NCBI RefSeq assembly: GCF_000142905.1
Contig: NW_013657651.1
Coordinates: forward strand, 62,001-126,000
Source of the DNA: Thecamonas trahens ATCC 50062
Lineage: Eukaryota; Protista; Apusomonadida
Reading direction: 5' to 3'
Length of the DNA: 64,000 bases
Of this stretch, positions 1-10,246 are shown in pieces (the first letter of the stretch is position 1; the number at the start of each line of letters is the position of its first letter). The position numbers were made by a program, and so were the translations under genes. The notes under the pieces were generated by a model, which saw only the letters and a list, made by a program, of their open reading frames with translations, did not search any database and was not told the DNA's origin.

Positions 1-219
1 GGTTTTTTTCTGAGTTGGGGCGAGTTGGGTGAGTTCTCCGTCCTGCGGGGGCGGTGAGTGTGTGCCAGCGGGAGAGGAGGAGGGAGGGGGAGGGAGGGAG
101 ACAAGCCGAGTCGCATTGCCAACAACTTCCAATTGATAGTAAAAAGAAGGATTGCTCCACCGGCGTGAGGAAATTGGAAGCTTTGAGCGGAGAATGGAGC
201 GGTGGCGGCCTGCGGCGAG

Positions 220-2010
220 ATGATGACGACACAACAGGCGCTCGAGCGAGGTCATGACAGAGCAAGGGCAAGGGGACGGGAAGGCTTGCAGACTCGGCCA
301 CTCGTCGACCAGGTCAGGTGGAAGAGTATGGCTGGAGGAAAGGCTGTGGCAGGAGAGCATGGCAAGGGGATGAGCGAGTCGGAGAAGTTTGCCAAGACGG
401 TGAGCACGGGCAAGACTGTGCGGAGGCTAATCTTTGTGGTTCTCATCGTTGTCTGTCTTGGCGTCTTTGTGGGTCCAATTGCCCGCATGGCATGGGGTGC
501 TGGCACGGGATCGATGGAGGAGAAGGAGGCCGTGTGGCGTGCGTATTGGATCATCGCCGTCTTTGGCGGCCTCCTCCCATTCATCCCGTTGTTCTGGAAG
601 GTGAAGAAGGCCAAGTCGTGGCTCTCGGCCCGTCCGCTCTTTGCCAACATTGTGGTTATTGGGGCTGGCCTCATCGCTGCCACACATGCCGGCATGGTGG
701 CGGCGGTACTTGAAGCTGGTGTCGGCTACGGATGGACCATGCACTCGGAGTCGGGCTCGCTGACCACCGCCGCAAAGGCGCTTGTGGCGTTTGATCTGTA
801 TCTCCTCTGGTGTATCACCGTCCAGCAGCTCGGCGCGCTGTTTGTCGGCCTCAAGTCGCCGATCTACTTGTGGGTCGTCTCGTATCCGGCGACGCTTGGG
901 TACTCGACCGCACTGTTTGGCTGCATGCCGCTGGCGATTGTCCACGCGGTGGCGTCGGGCCCAGAGCCCGCGGCGGTGGTCGCGGTCGCCGCCTTTGGCC
1001 TGGCAGCCTTTGGGCTGGCACAGTCACTCCTCGACTCGCCTTGGGAAGAGGTTACAGTGACTGTTGAGTCGCCTGCGGGCTTTGACGCCGACGCTGGCGG
1101 CTCGCGCGAGCCGCGCGATGGAGTCTATGCCGCGCGCGGGCGCCACTCGGGTAAGACCCGGCTCGGCCCGCTCGAGCTGAGCCGTGGTCGCGGGGGAGAC
1201 GAGCCCGGCCGCCCACTGAGGATTGTGCAGATTACCGACCCACACATTGGCCCCTTTATCTCGATCCGGCGGATGAACGCATTCTGCGAGCAGACCGTTG
1301 CACTCGATCCCGACCTTGTGCTCATGACCGGCGACTACTGCACGACCGAGGCGCATCTGACTCCCGGGTGCTTGGCGGCGGCGTTTGCGCCGCTGGCTGC
1401 GCTCAAGGGCAGGGTATATGCCACGCTCGGCAATCACGATCACGAGGTGCTGCGGTTTGTCAAGGACGAGCTTGCTGCGCTCGGCGTCATCCTCATTGTC
1501 GACGCCGAGGCACTCGTGGAGACCCAGGCTGGGCTTGTCCAGCTCGTCGGTGTCGACTTTTTCTTCCACGACAAGCCGCGGCTGTACTCCAAGGTCATTC
1601 GGCGATTCCCACCGAACGCTCGCGCCGCCTACCGCATCCTGCTCATCCACGATCCGGGTGCATTTCGGTACGTGCCGGCCGACGACCACGCGTTGGTCCT
1701 CTCGGGCCACACTCACGGCGGCCAGATCGGCCTTGTCTCGTGTGGCCTCGAAAAGTGCACCGCAGTCTCGGTCGGCTCGATCGGCCGCATCCCGGACCAC
1801 GGCGTGTGGCAGCTTGGGACCAACAGGTTGTATGTCAACCGCGGACAGGGAACCCGGTTCATGGGTGGTAACTTCCTTGTCCGGTTCGGTGTGCCGGCTG
1901 AGGCCTCGGTTCTTGTGGTCACCACCGACTCGACGGGCGTCGACGCGCCCGAAGTCTCGGACTCGGTCTTTACCCGCCACGAGCGCGAAGAGGGCATGGT
2001 TGGTCAGTGA
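220..2010 (+). CDS. Membrane-anchored calcineurin-like metallophosphoesterase (YkuE/YaeI-like)
   Basis: Several N-terminal hydrophobic TM segments, then the motifs QITDPHIG, MTGDY, LGNHDH, LIHDP, SGHTHGGQI and YVNRGQG. First ATG is at 220; alternative starts at 328 and 370. Confidence 0.88.
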   Translation: MMTTQQALERGHDRARARGREGLQTRPLVDQVRWKSMAGGKAVAGEHGKGMSESEKFAKTVSTGKTVRRLIFVVLIVVCLGVFVGPIARMAWGAGTGSMEEKEAVWRAYWIIAVFGGLLPFIPLFWKVKKAKSWLSARPLFANIVVIGAGLIAATHAGMVAAVLEAGVGYGWTMHSESGSLTTAAKALVAFDLYLLWCITVQQLGALFVGLKSPIYLWVVSYPATLGYSTALFGCMPLAIVHAVASGPEPAAVVAVAAFGLAAFGLAQSLLDSPWEEVTVTVESPAGFDADAGGSREPRDGVYAARGRHSGKTRLGPLELSRGRGGDEPGRPLRIVQITDPHIGPFISIRRMNAFCEQTVALDPDLVLMTGDYCTTEAHLTPGCLAAAFAPLAALKGRVYATLGNHDHEVLRFVKDELAALGVILIVDAEALVETQAGLVQLVGVDFFFHDKPRLYSKVIRRFPPNARAAYRILLIHDPGAFRYVPADDHALVLSGHTHGGQIGLVSCGLEKCTAVSVGSIGRIPDHGVWQLGTNRLYVNRGQGTRFMGGNFLVRFGVPAEASVLVVTTDSTGVDAPEVSDSVFTRHEREEGMVGQ

Positions 2011-2025
2011 ACGAAACAGACGTCG

Positions 2026-3162
2026 CTACTCGCGCGCACACAGCTCTGCTGCCCGCGCATCAAGCTCGTCGCATTGGCTCGAGCTGAGCAGCGCATACCG
2101 CGTCGGTGAGCTGGCTAAGACGTCCGGTGCAAGCGCCACCAGCTCGTCCGGAAGCTCGATGGCTAGGACGGCACAGAGCGGAACGGTGATGACTTCCAGG
2201 GCGCGGCAGACCGAGGCCGGCACGCCGCCGACAACTCGCAGCGCAGCTAGCGCTGGATCGCGTAGACGCGCCGATGGCGGGCGATACTCAAACGTGTGGG
2301 TGTGATCGACTACCAGAGCCGAGTCCGGGTTGTTGGCCACCGCCAGCACATGTTCGCCGTGGAGGAGCTTGCCGTCGCGTTGGCCGACAAGAAAGTGCAG
2401 CGCGAGTACAGTTGCATAAAACTCGGTCCAGGCCATCGCATTCGGATCGGATTGCACATCTGGGGCGCGCGTTGCAAACTGCCTGTGTGCTCGCGCCTCA
2501 TCCGCTGAGAGAAAGAGATGACCAAGCTCAACTGGCTCGACATCGGTCCGCCACCGGGATGCTGCCGCCAAAGCCCAACGGTCTGCGAGCAGCGCCGAGG
2601 ACGGCAGCTGCGGGCTGAGGCCGGTCTCCTCAAGCGCATCGACTTGGACAGCCACAAGATAGGAGGCAGGGACAAGGTGTCCAAAGCCAAGAGCATTTGC
2701 CAGCGATGCGACAAGGAGCTCATTGAGCGCACCGCCCGTCGCCGGCGCCGCCGTCTCGGGCACAAACCGGAGTCGGGCCGCAGAGCGAGCAGTTGACGGG
2801 GTCGGTGGTGGGAAGAGGACCCCCAGCGGGCGCCACTCAGGCTTCAGTAGCCATGTTGCGCCGCCGTTCTTGCCGTCATCGTCGCCTGTCACTGCGTACT
2901 TGTTCTCCAGGCCAGGGACTTTGCCCAGAGCTGGATTCGGATCGTCCCAGCTCGCGGCGGTGAGGCCGGCGACGGGGGCGGCGAGGACGGGCCTTAGCCT
3001 CACAAAGTGTGTCTTGGGGCGGTCAACGTGGGCTTCGCCGACGCCATCAGAGGTATAGCGCAGCGTGTCAGTTGCAAGTTGGTGTGCGCGGTTTGCAGTC
3101 AAGATGGTGGTGAGAGCGGCAGAGGCGGCGATGATGAGGACAACGAGCAGACGCGGCCGCAT
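2026..3162 (-). CDS. Type II membrane or secreted protein with an atypical kinase-like fold (FAM20/PI4K-II/HipA-like)
   Basis: N-terminal signal-anchor MRPRLLVVLIIAASAALTTIL. Motifs WLLKPE, NELLVASLANALG, HLVP, FLVGQRD and VVDHTHTF appear in kinase order. Confidence 0.6.
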   Translation of the reverse strand: MRPRLLVVLIIAASAALTTILTANRAHQLATDTLRYTSDGVGEAHVDRPKTHFVRLRPVLAAPVAGLTAASWDDPNPALGKVPGLENKYAVTGDDDGKNGGATWLLKPEWRPLGVLFPPPTPSTARSAARLRFVPETAAPATGGALNELLVASLANALGFGHLVPASYLVAVQVDALEETGLSPQLPSSALLADRWALAAASRWRTDVEPVELGHLFLSADEARAHRQFATRAPDVQSDPNAMAWTEFYATVLALHFLVGQRDGKLLHGEHVLAVANNPDSALVVDHTHTFEYRPPSARLRDPALAALRVVGGVPASVCRALEVITVPLCAVLAIELPDELVALAPDVLASSPTRYALLSSSQCDELDARAAELCARE

Positions 3163-3272
3163 TCAGCGGCAGCAAGCGGGAGAGTAAGGTGTGGGCAGAC
3201 TCGGCCATCGCCATCGACAGGCAGCGTGCCGACAAGCATCGCTCGGGATATGTTCAATAGCAGTACTTGAGG

Positions 3273-4646
3273 CTAGTCGTCATCGAGAACCGCTAGCTTG
3301 CGGTGTGGACAGAACCAGCGGTGTTGGTAAGCTGGATCAAGCGGGGACGGGTTGGCCAAACGCGTGCTGATGGTGCCAGCAGCGCCGGTCTTGGCCCGTT
3401 TGGCAGGTGGGGCTGGGGATGGGGGTGATTCGTGGTGTGACGTGGTGGTAGCCGCAGCTGCGGGCGGTGTGGCGGGCGGAAAACACCACAGCGGGACCGC
3501 CCGCATACAGAGGCCGCATTCGACGGTGGTGGCCGGGCGGGATGAGGTCGACCAGCCCCAGAGCGCAAGGATGGCGGCGGAGCGCGAGATGGGAGCAAAG
3601 CCAGGTTGTGGCGCGATAAGCGCGGTAACGAGCGCTCTAGCCGCGGGCGGAGCGGCGCCCGGCAAGTCGGTGAGCGGGAGGGCCGAGCCGGCATCGGTGA
3701 CAAGAGCACGGGCGAGGTCGAGGAGCGGGCGGATGGCGGCCGATGAGGCCGGGTTCCGCAGCGCGGCAGTGGTGGTGCGTGGCAGCGCAGCCCACGCTTC
3801 CGGGCATGGATTGCGCGGCCAGCGGCAGTCGGCGGAGTGGGCCTCGCTGGAGACACGGGCAATCTGGGCGGCGAGGACGTCCGGAGCGTCCGGGCGGACA
3901 CCGGGCTCGAGGCTCACGACAATGCGGCCCGAGCACGACACACAGATCGCCTCTAGCGGAGCACTCGCTTCCATGCCGTATGCAGCAGCGAGGAGCGGTG
4001 AGAGGCGAGTTGCCGACGAGATCCAGAGCGCCGGCGTGAACGAGGCCACCCGGCGGCGGAAGGCCTGGCGATCCCAAGGCATGTTGCTCCGTGTGGAGCT
4101 GCCGTTGTCGTCGTCCTCGCCTGTCGGCATCTCTTCCGCCAGCTTTGCCAGCGCCGCCCTCAACCGGGCCACAACCTCTGGTGTCGTCGGCGGAGGGCCC
4201 GCACCCTGCTCGCCATCCAGGCCAGCACCGGTGCCAGCTGGGTCTGTAGCATCCGCCGCTTCCGACTCTGTCCTCTCGGCCAAAGTCGATGAAGAAGCAT
4301 CGATGGTTGCCATTTCCGGAGCGTTAGTCTTGTCAACTGCCGTCATCATGTCGGCTGCCGTTGTCATGTCTGCTGCTGTGATCTTGTCCGCCTCTGCATT
4401 CTTGTGGTGCTCCACGGCAGCGACCTCGTGCCCAGAGGAGCCAGCGCCGCCACCGCCATCATTCCCGCTTGCAACAAGCATGGTCATGTCCAAGTTCTTG
4501 TTCTTCACAAACTCATCTTTGACTCTCACACTGCCTCCTGCTGATGACGTCGACGTCGTCTTTGTCGCTTCCGCCCCCTCGGTCGTCCTCCGCGTCGTCG
4601 TCGTCGTCGTCGACGACGTCGTCTTGCTCGAGCTGTGCATGGTCAT
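3273..4646 (-). CDS. ZC3HC1: NIPA/ZC3HC1/Rsm1-like C3HC zinc-finger protein
   Basis: PWDRQAFRRRVASF...LSPLLAAAYG...CVSC...H.ADCRW..NPCP, and a second module LALWGW...CGLCMRAVPLW...LDPAYQHRWFCP. First ATG at 4646. Confidence 0.85.
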   Translation of the reverse strand: MTMHSSSKTTSSTTTTTTRRTTEGAEATKTTSTSSAGGSVRVKDEFVKNKNLDMTMLVASGNDGGGGAGSSGHEVAAVEHHKNAEADKITAADMTTAADMMTAVDKTNAPEMATIDASSSTLAERTESEAADATDPAGTGAGLDGEQGAGPPPTTPEVVARLRAALAKLAEEMPTGEDDDNGSSTRSNMPWDRQAFRRRVASFTPALWISSATRLSPLLAAAYGMEASAPLEAICVSCSGRIVVSLEPGVRPDAPDVLAAQIARVSSEAHSADCRWPRNPCPEAWAALPRTTTAALRNPASSAAIRPLLDLARALVTDAGSALPLTDLPGAAPPAARALVTALIAPQPGFAPISRSAAILALWGWSTSSRPATTVECGLCMRAVPLWCFPPATPPAAAATTTSHHESPPSPAPPAKRAKTGAAGTISTRLANPSPLDPAYQHRWFCPHRKLAVLDDD

Positions 4647-5136
4647 GGGCCAGGGCCAGGCCAACGTCACTTGCTGTCTCCAAACACTCACAACAAATGT
4701 AGTGTTTGTGGTTGTGGTCGTGAAGTGGTTGTTGTCGTGAACGTCACGTGGTCAGAATGGTGGCCTTCGTCCTCGTCGTGCTAAAAGAGGTGCCGCGTGG
4801 GCTCGCTCCCGCCGTCGGCTTGGTTGCCTTTGACCGGATGCGTTTGGGATGCGAAATAATTTTTGGCGGGTTTTTTTCGGGAGGGAGTTGGGGAGAGAGA
4901 GGACCCACGGTAAATTAGCTCTATTTTTGGAGCTAGTGGCGAGAGAGAGGTTGAGTGGGGAGCTGGAGGGCGGGCAGGGAGGTGGATGGGGGAGCATGTC
5001 TTTGGGTGGCTCTTCAGGAGGGGGGGGGGGGTATGGATAGGCACAGTGGTGTTTGAAACAAGAAGTGGAGTGCGGATTGACCAGATGTCGCGGCAAGCGC
5101 AGGGTCAAGACAGGCGACGGGATGAGGCAAAGTAAA

Positions 5137-5706
5137 CTACGATGCGTCGGCCACGAGCGCAAACAGCTGCACATCGGCGACACGGGAAGCAGCCGCAATC
5201 TTGTCGGAGAGTGCGTTGGCCCGGGCCTTGATCAAGTTGGCCTTCGAAGCCGACACCGCCGTCCTTGTGACGTTGGCAGCCCGAGGAGCGTTTTCCTTGT
5301 CGCCAGCCGCATCGCCGCATCGACCAGCAGCAGGACCATCGGCGGCAACGTCGCCAGCCTCAGCATCAGCGCCGAAGCTGTTGACAGGTGCGAGCTGAGG
5401 GGAGGCGGCGAGTCGGACCCGATGAAGGCGGGCGCCGGCCGGCAGCGCATCGCCATCAGCATCCGAGGCATGCGATGACGATGAAGCAGCACGATGGCTG
5501 GCCACAGCACCACGCTCTGACGACGCCATCACGGCCAGACTCTCTGCATACATCCTCCGCGAGGCAGCGACAGCGCCCAGACCAGCAGCAGCAGCCTCGC
5601 ACTCCTCGGCTCTCTCAGCCAGACGTGCACGTGCGCGGGCGATGGCTCGCAGGACCTGGGACGAGGCATCAGAGTCGACACTTCCACACGACAGAGTCTT
5701 GTGCAT
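5137..5706 (-). CDS. Hypothetical Ala-rich coiled-coil protein
   Basis: ATG follows a C-rich leader like those of other genes here, and codon usage is coding-like. The frame stays open upstream to an ATG at 6078 through the 21-bp repeat. Contains a KEN motif. Confidence 0.5.
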   Translation of the reverse strand: MHKTLSCGSVDSDASSQVLRAIARARARLAERAEECEAAAAGLGAVAASRRMYAESLAVMASSERGAVASHRAASSSSHASDADGDALPAGARLHRVRLAASPQLAPVNSFGADAEAGDVAADGPAAGRCGDAAGDKENAPRAANVTRTAVSASKANLIKARANALSDKIAAASRVADVQLFALVADAS

Positions 5707-5822
5707 GGCAAGGGTATGTGGTGAGGAGGGGGGAGGGGGGGGAGGGTCAGGTGGTGGTGGATGTTGATGTGTTTGTGGAGGGAGGGAGGGGGGGGGGGGG
5801 GGGCAGTTTGGCGCCAAAGCAA

Positions 5823-6100
5823 ATGCATTGTCATGGTCAATTAATGCATGGTCATGGTCAGTTGATGCATGGTCATGGTCAGTTGATGCATTGTTATGGT
5901 CAGTTAATGCATGGTCATGGTCAGTTAATGCATGGTCATGGTCAGTTGATGCATGGTCATGGTCAGTTAATGCATGGTCATGGTCAGTTAATGCATGGTC
6001 ATGGTCAGTTAATGCATGGTCATGGTCAGTTAATGCATGGACACGTTCAACTTGTGCATAATCACTCGAATTATGCATGGTCACGATTGGTTAATGCATG
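5823..6100. repeat. 21-bp tandem minisatellite (ATGCATGGTCATGGTCAGTT[A/G]), about 10 good and 3 degenerate units
   Basis: ATGCAT recurs every 21 bp from 5823 to 6033, then in degenerate copies. No unique spacers. Confidence 0.95.
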
Positions 6101-6213
6101 GGCGCGCTCAGTGGCAAAAGGCAACGGACGGACGACTGGCGTGACTGGGCAAATAGCGGGAAAGGCAGAACACCCGTCCCGTTGCAGGCCAGAGGTGGCA
6201 AGGGGCGTAGAGT

Positions 6214-6622
6214 ATGACAAGTCGAGGCGGAGTGTTTGATTCTTCTTCATCAGATGACGACGTCGAACTCGCTGCGCTGCTTCATACCGCCCGGCGAGGC
6301 GCTGGTCGACCGGCGGTCCAGCTGACGCCGGCCAAGGCGGCAACCACAAGAACGTCGGCTGGTGGCCAAGGACAAGGACATGGGCATGGTGTTGGTACAG
6401 GAGGGACAGTAGACACGTCCGTCATGTCGGTGGCTCTCTCATATACCACCCCCGGGAGGCAGCAGGGCCCGTCCACTCGCAAGCCGTCCTCGCCCGACTG
6501 CGATGACTCTCTCCAAGCTGCTGATGCGACTCGTACAAGCGGTGATGCGGGCTCTGGCCCTGGTGGTGATGGTGCTGCTGCTGGGCGTGTTCCGATGGGT
6601 TCGCTGGCTATGTCGTCGCCAT

Positions 6623-6659
<37 letters not shown>

Positions 6660-9600
6660 TGCACCAGCGCCGGCGGGCTATGGTCCAAACTCGGCCATCA
6701 CAGACATGGCGATGCTTCTGGCAGAGCTGGTGGAGACTGTGGAAGCGCGGACGAGGGACATTTCCGCCGAGGAGAGGCTGCTGGCCAGAGAAAGGTCCGA
6801 TGCCGAGCGTGAGGGTGAGCTGCTTGATGACGAGCGGTCGCGACTGGAGCGCGAGTGGAAGCGGATCGAAGAGGAGGAGCGCGCAGTGGCTGAGCGCGAT
6901 GCGTCAGTCGCAGGCATGGTGGCCGAGCGAGGAGCGCTAGCGGCATCAGAAAAGGCCGCCACCGAGCCGGACTCGGAGGAGCTGGCAGTCATTCGCGAGC
7001 AGATTGCGGAACTCGACAGTGAGATTGCCCGCCAGCAGACCAATCTTGCCACTCTTGTTGCTCGTCTCGACGAGGTCCGCGCTGCGTATAAGCGCGACCT
7101 CGGCAAGCTCGAGCGCGACGAAACGGTGGCCGCCGAAGTTGAAGCCGGCTTTGCAGAGTCTGAGGCCAAGATTGCTTTTCTCCGCTCGCTCAACGACCGC
7201 GACCGTGCCGAGATCATGCGTCTGGAGGCGCTGTTGCCCAACTGGCGCGAGGTGCTTGCCGAGTTGCAAGTGAGCAACGCAACGAGCCAGTCGCCGTGGC
7301 ACAGTCCGGTGCCGCGAGCCTCGCCGGCACGGGCCCCAACGGTGCAAGTTGCACCGGCTGAGGTTGTGCATGCCACGACTACGCCTGCGCCCGTGCCTGC
7401 GCCCGCGCTGACTTCTGATCCGAGCGCCGCCATCCTCTCTGCGCAAGAGGTGATGGCCCGGATCAAGAACCGGCTGGCGGGTCGAGGCGGGGCGCAAGTC
7501 GATGCCCATGACGAGAGTGGCCTCGCCGAACTGTCCGCGTTTGGCGGTGATCGCAACGGGTCGATGGCAACGATTTCGACGGTGTCGCGTGCGCCGTCGG
7601 CGGGCGTGGACGAGTCGCGGGGCGATTGGCCGTCGTATGCGGCGTCGTTCATGCGCGGTCCGCGGTCGCCGGAACAGGGCTCGTCGCAGGCAAAGCCAGG
7701 CTCGCCGCTCCGCTCGCGGCTGATGGCCGAGCTGGACGAGCTGGAGGCATCGATCACCCACGAGGCATCGCTTCTGGCGGGTGTGTCACGGACAAGCCGG
7801 ATGAAGCCTCTGCTCCTGAACCGGCCGCGGCGATCGCGGCGGGAGAGTGGGACTGGCTCGCCGCCGCGCTCGCCGTCGGCCATGCGCCGCCGTGGCAGTG
7901 CCTCGGGCTCGCCACCGCGCTCGCCGTCGGCCATGCGCCGCCGTGGCAGTGCCTCGGGCTCGCCACCACGCTCGCCGTCGGGCCGAATTGTCGATCGGAG
8001 CCGGCTTGTCCGGCGCGAGGTCTTCACGCCGCCGCGGCGTGCCAACCAGAGCGGCATTGGCGCGCTGGCGTCGCTCAACGTGTCAGAGCGGAGCAAGGTG
8101 GTGACAACCGCAGCCGGTGATGAGATTCAAACGCTGGTTTCGCCGGGCGCCAAGCGCAAGGGCGCTGGAACTCAGTCACAGCTGTCCTACATGCCGTCGC
8201 CGGGGCGCGGAGCACCGACGGCGTTGGCGTATGATGCCCTGCTCGAACCTGCCACGCTCAACGAGCCGATGTGGCACTCGCCGGTGGCGCGGCCCAACGG
8301 GCCGGCGCCGGGCGTGTTGTACTCGAGAACGAAAAAGCAACTGGCGATGCTTGACGAGCTCGATGTTGACGCAGTGTACAAGCGGCAGCTGGCGCACGAG
8401 CGCGAGCTGCGGGCGGCCCACCGGGCTCAGCTTGCCACCGTGGCGCAGCAGCGAGTTGATGCAGATGTGGCGTATATTCGCGCGGCAGTGGCGACTGGCG
8501 GCGAGGTGCCTGCGATCATTGACCGACGGCGAGCGGCACACGCGCGGTCGTTCTCGACTACGCGGGTGGATGCGTCGTCGCTCGATCTCGCCTTGTCGCC
8601 GGTGGCGAGCGCGAAGCACTCGCGTGCGCTTGGTGTCGGTCGCCCGTGGGACGAGAGTGAGCTTCCTGCGTCGCTGGCGGTGGCCGAGTGGGAGCGCGAC
8701 CAGAAAGCGCTCATCGATGCGGCAACCGCCACTCTAGTGCGGCAGCTGGAGGCCGAGACTGAGACCACAGTCTCGCTTGCCAAGCATGAGGCGATTGGCG
8801 CCGAGGCGCGTGCGATGGAGGCCCGGGCCGAAGAGCTCCAGACGTTGGCGGAGCTTTCGCTTGAGAGTCAGCTGGCGTATGTGGAGGTAGAGGTGGAGCG
8901 GGCGGATGCGCTGCTTCTCGACGTGGCCGGCGACGCGGTGCTACTGCAAGAGCCGTCGACGGCAGCGCGTGTGGCACGAGCGGCGCGGCGGCGGCTGCGG
9001 GGTCATGCTGGGCTGAGCGTGGCGTCGGCCGAAGATGCGGCCGAGGACGACGATGACGACGATGTGACCGACATCACTGCGCTAGTTGCGGCTGCGCGGC
9101 ATCGACTCGAGTCGCGGCGGGCGTGGCTGTGGCGGCGGCGGCTGGTGGTATTGCTCCAGCTGGGAGCGGCGGCGGCAGAGCGCGAGTACGCGGCCGGTGG
9201 GATGGTGGCGCCTGGCTCGCGGTCTGCGGCGTCGTACCGTGAGCAGGTTGCGGCCGAGCTGGCTGAGGCGCAGGTGAGTCTTGACGCCGATTTTGCCGAG
9301 CTTGCCAGTGACGGGGAAGCAGGGCGGCTGCCGCTGTCGCCGATGCCGCTTGTGGCGACGGCGACGGGGCGCGTCGTGCCGACGCACAAGGACGAGGCTT
9401 CGCTCGATGCCGGAGTGGCGCCGCCTGTGCCGGCGTGGCGCACGAGCGACGTCGACGATCACGGTGATGGTGATGGCGACGGTGATCGGGTGCGCAAGCG
9501 GGTCCGCAAGCGGATCCGCAAAAGGCCGCGGCCTGTCCTTGGCCTCATGCACGACCCCAAGTCGACGGGTGCCGAGTCGATGGTGGTGCGGTCTGTGCGC

Positions 9601-10217
9601 CTGGGGGCTGGCTTTCTGTTCTCGAGCGCGACGACGCGAGCGGCGAGTACGTGCAGACGCTGACCAAGCGCAAGCCGAACGATCCAGACGGGGTTGTCTG
9701 CCTCCGGCTGGGAAAGTCGCGGACGTTGCGGCTGGTGCTGGGCCTGCGCAACCCGTCCGAGGCCGGCCCGCTGCTGAGGAGCCTCGACAAGCTCAGTGTG
9801 TCTGTCCCGGGTTCCGGCGATGTCGAGCTGGAGGTGCTGCAGAAGACGGTGCGGGCCGACGGGACCGAGCTTGTGGCCACCATTAAGTGGCCGGAGCCGC
9901 TGGATGCCGGGCTCGGGTGGCACAAGCCATGCGAGGCCGGCGAACGGCGGCCGATTGATGTCGACGCGCTGGTCTCACTCAACGACGCGGCACGGAGCCA
10001 GGTCCGGGTCTCGATGTCGCTGGTGTGCAAGTTGTACGGCGCGGCATCCAAGGTGCAAAAGAGCAAGTCACGGCTCGCCGAGGGACCGATGATTGCCTTT
10101 GAGCGAGTCATCCGTGTTGCCCCGCGGGTCGGTGTGTACATTGTGGACATGGGCTTTGACGTGGATGGGGCACTGGTGGTGGCGCGACTCGCAACTCGCG
10201 AGAAGCGGCACAAGTAA
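6214..10217 (+). CDS. Large coiled-coil/low-complexity protein with a C-terminal kinesin-3 DUF3694-like domain; one frameshift at about 9605
   Basis: ORF 6214-9663 joins the frame of 9651-10217 if one G is added at 9603-9607, giving RSVRLGGWLSVLERDDASGEYV...DPDGVVCLRLGKSRTLRLVL. Confidence 0.7.
7854..7983 (+). repeat. Coding 51-bp tandem repeat (GSPPRSPSAMRRRGSAS x2.5)
   Basis: Near-identical units are visible in both DNA and protein. Confidence 0.9.
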
Positions 10218-10246
10218 AGAAGACGCGGAGCTGGTGGGGACGGTGT

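Noticed and set aside
5823-6100. CRISPR-like array
   Set aside because: Units are contiguous with no unique spacers, there are no cas genes, and the context is eukaryotic.
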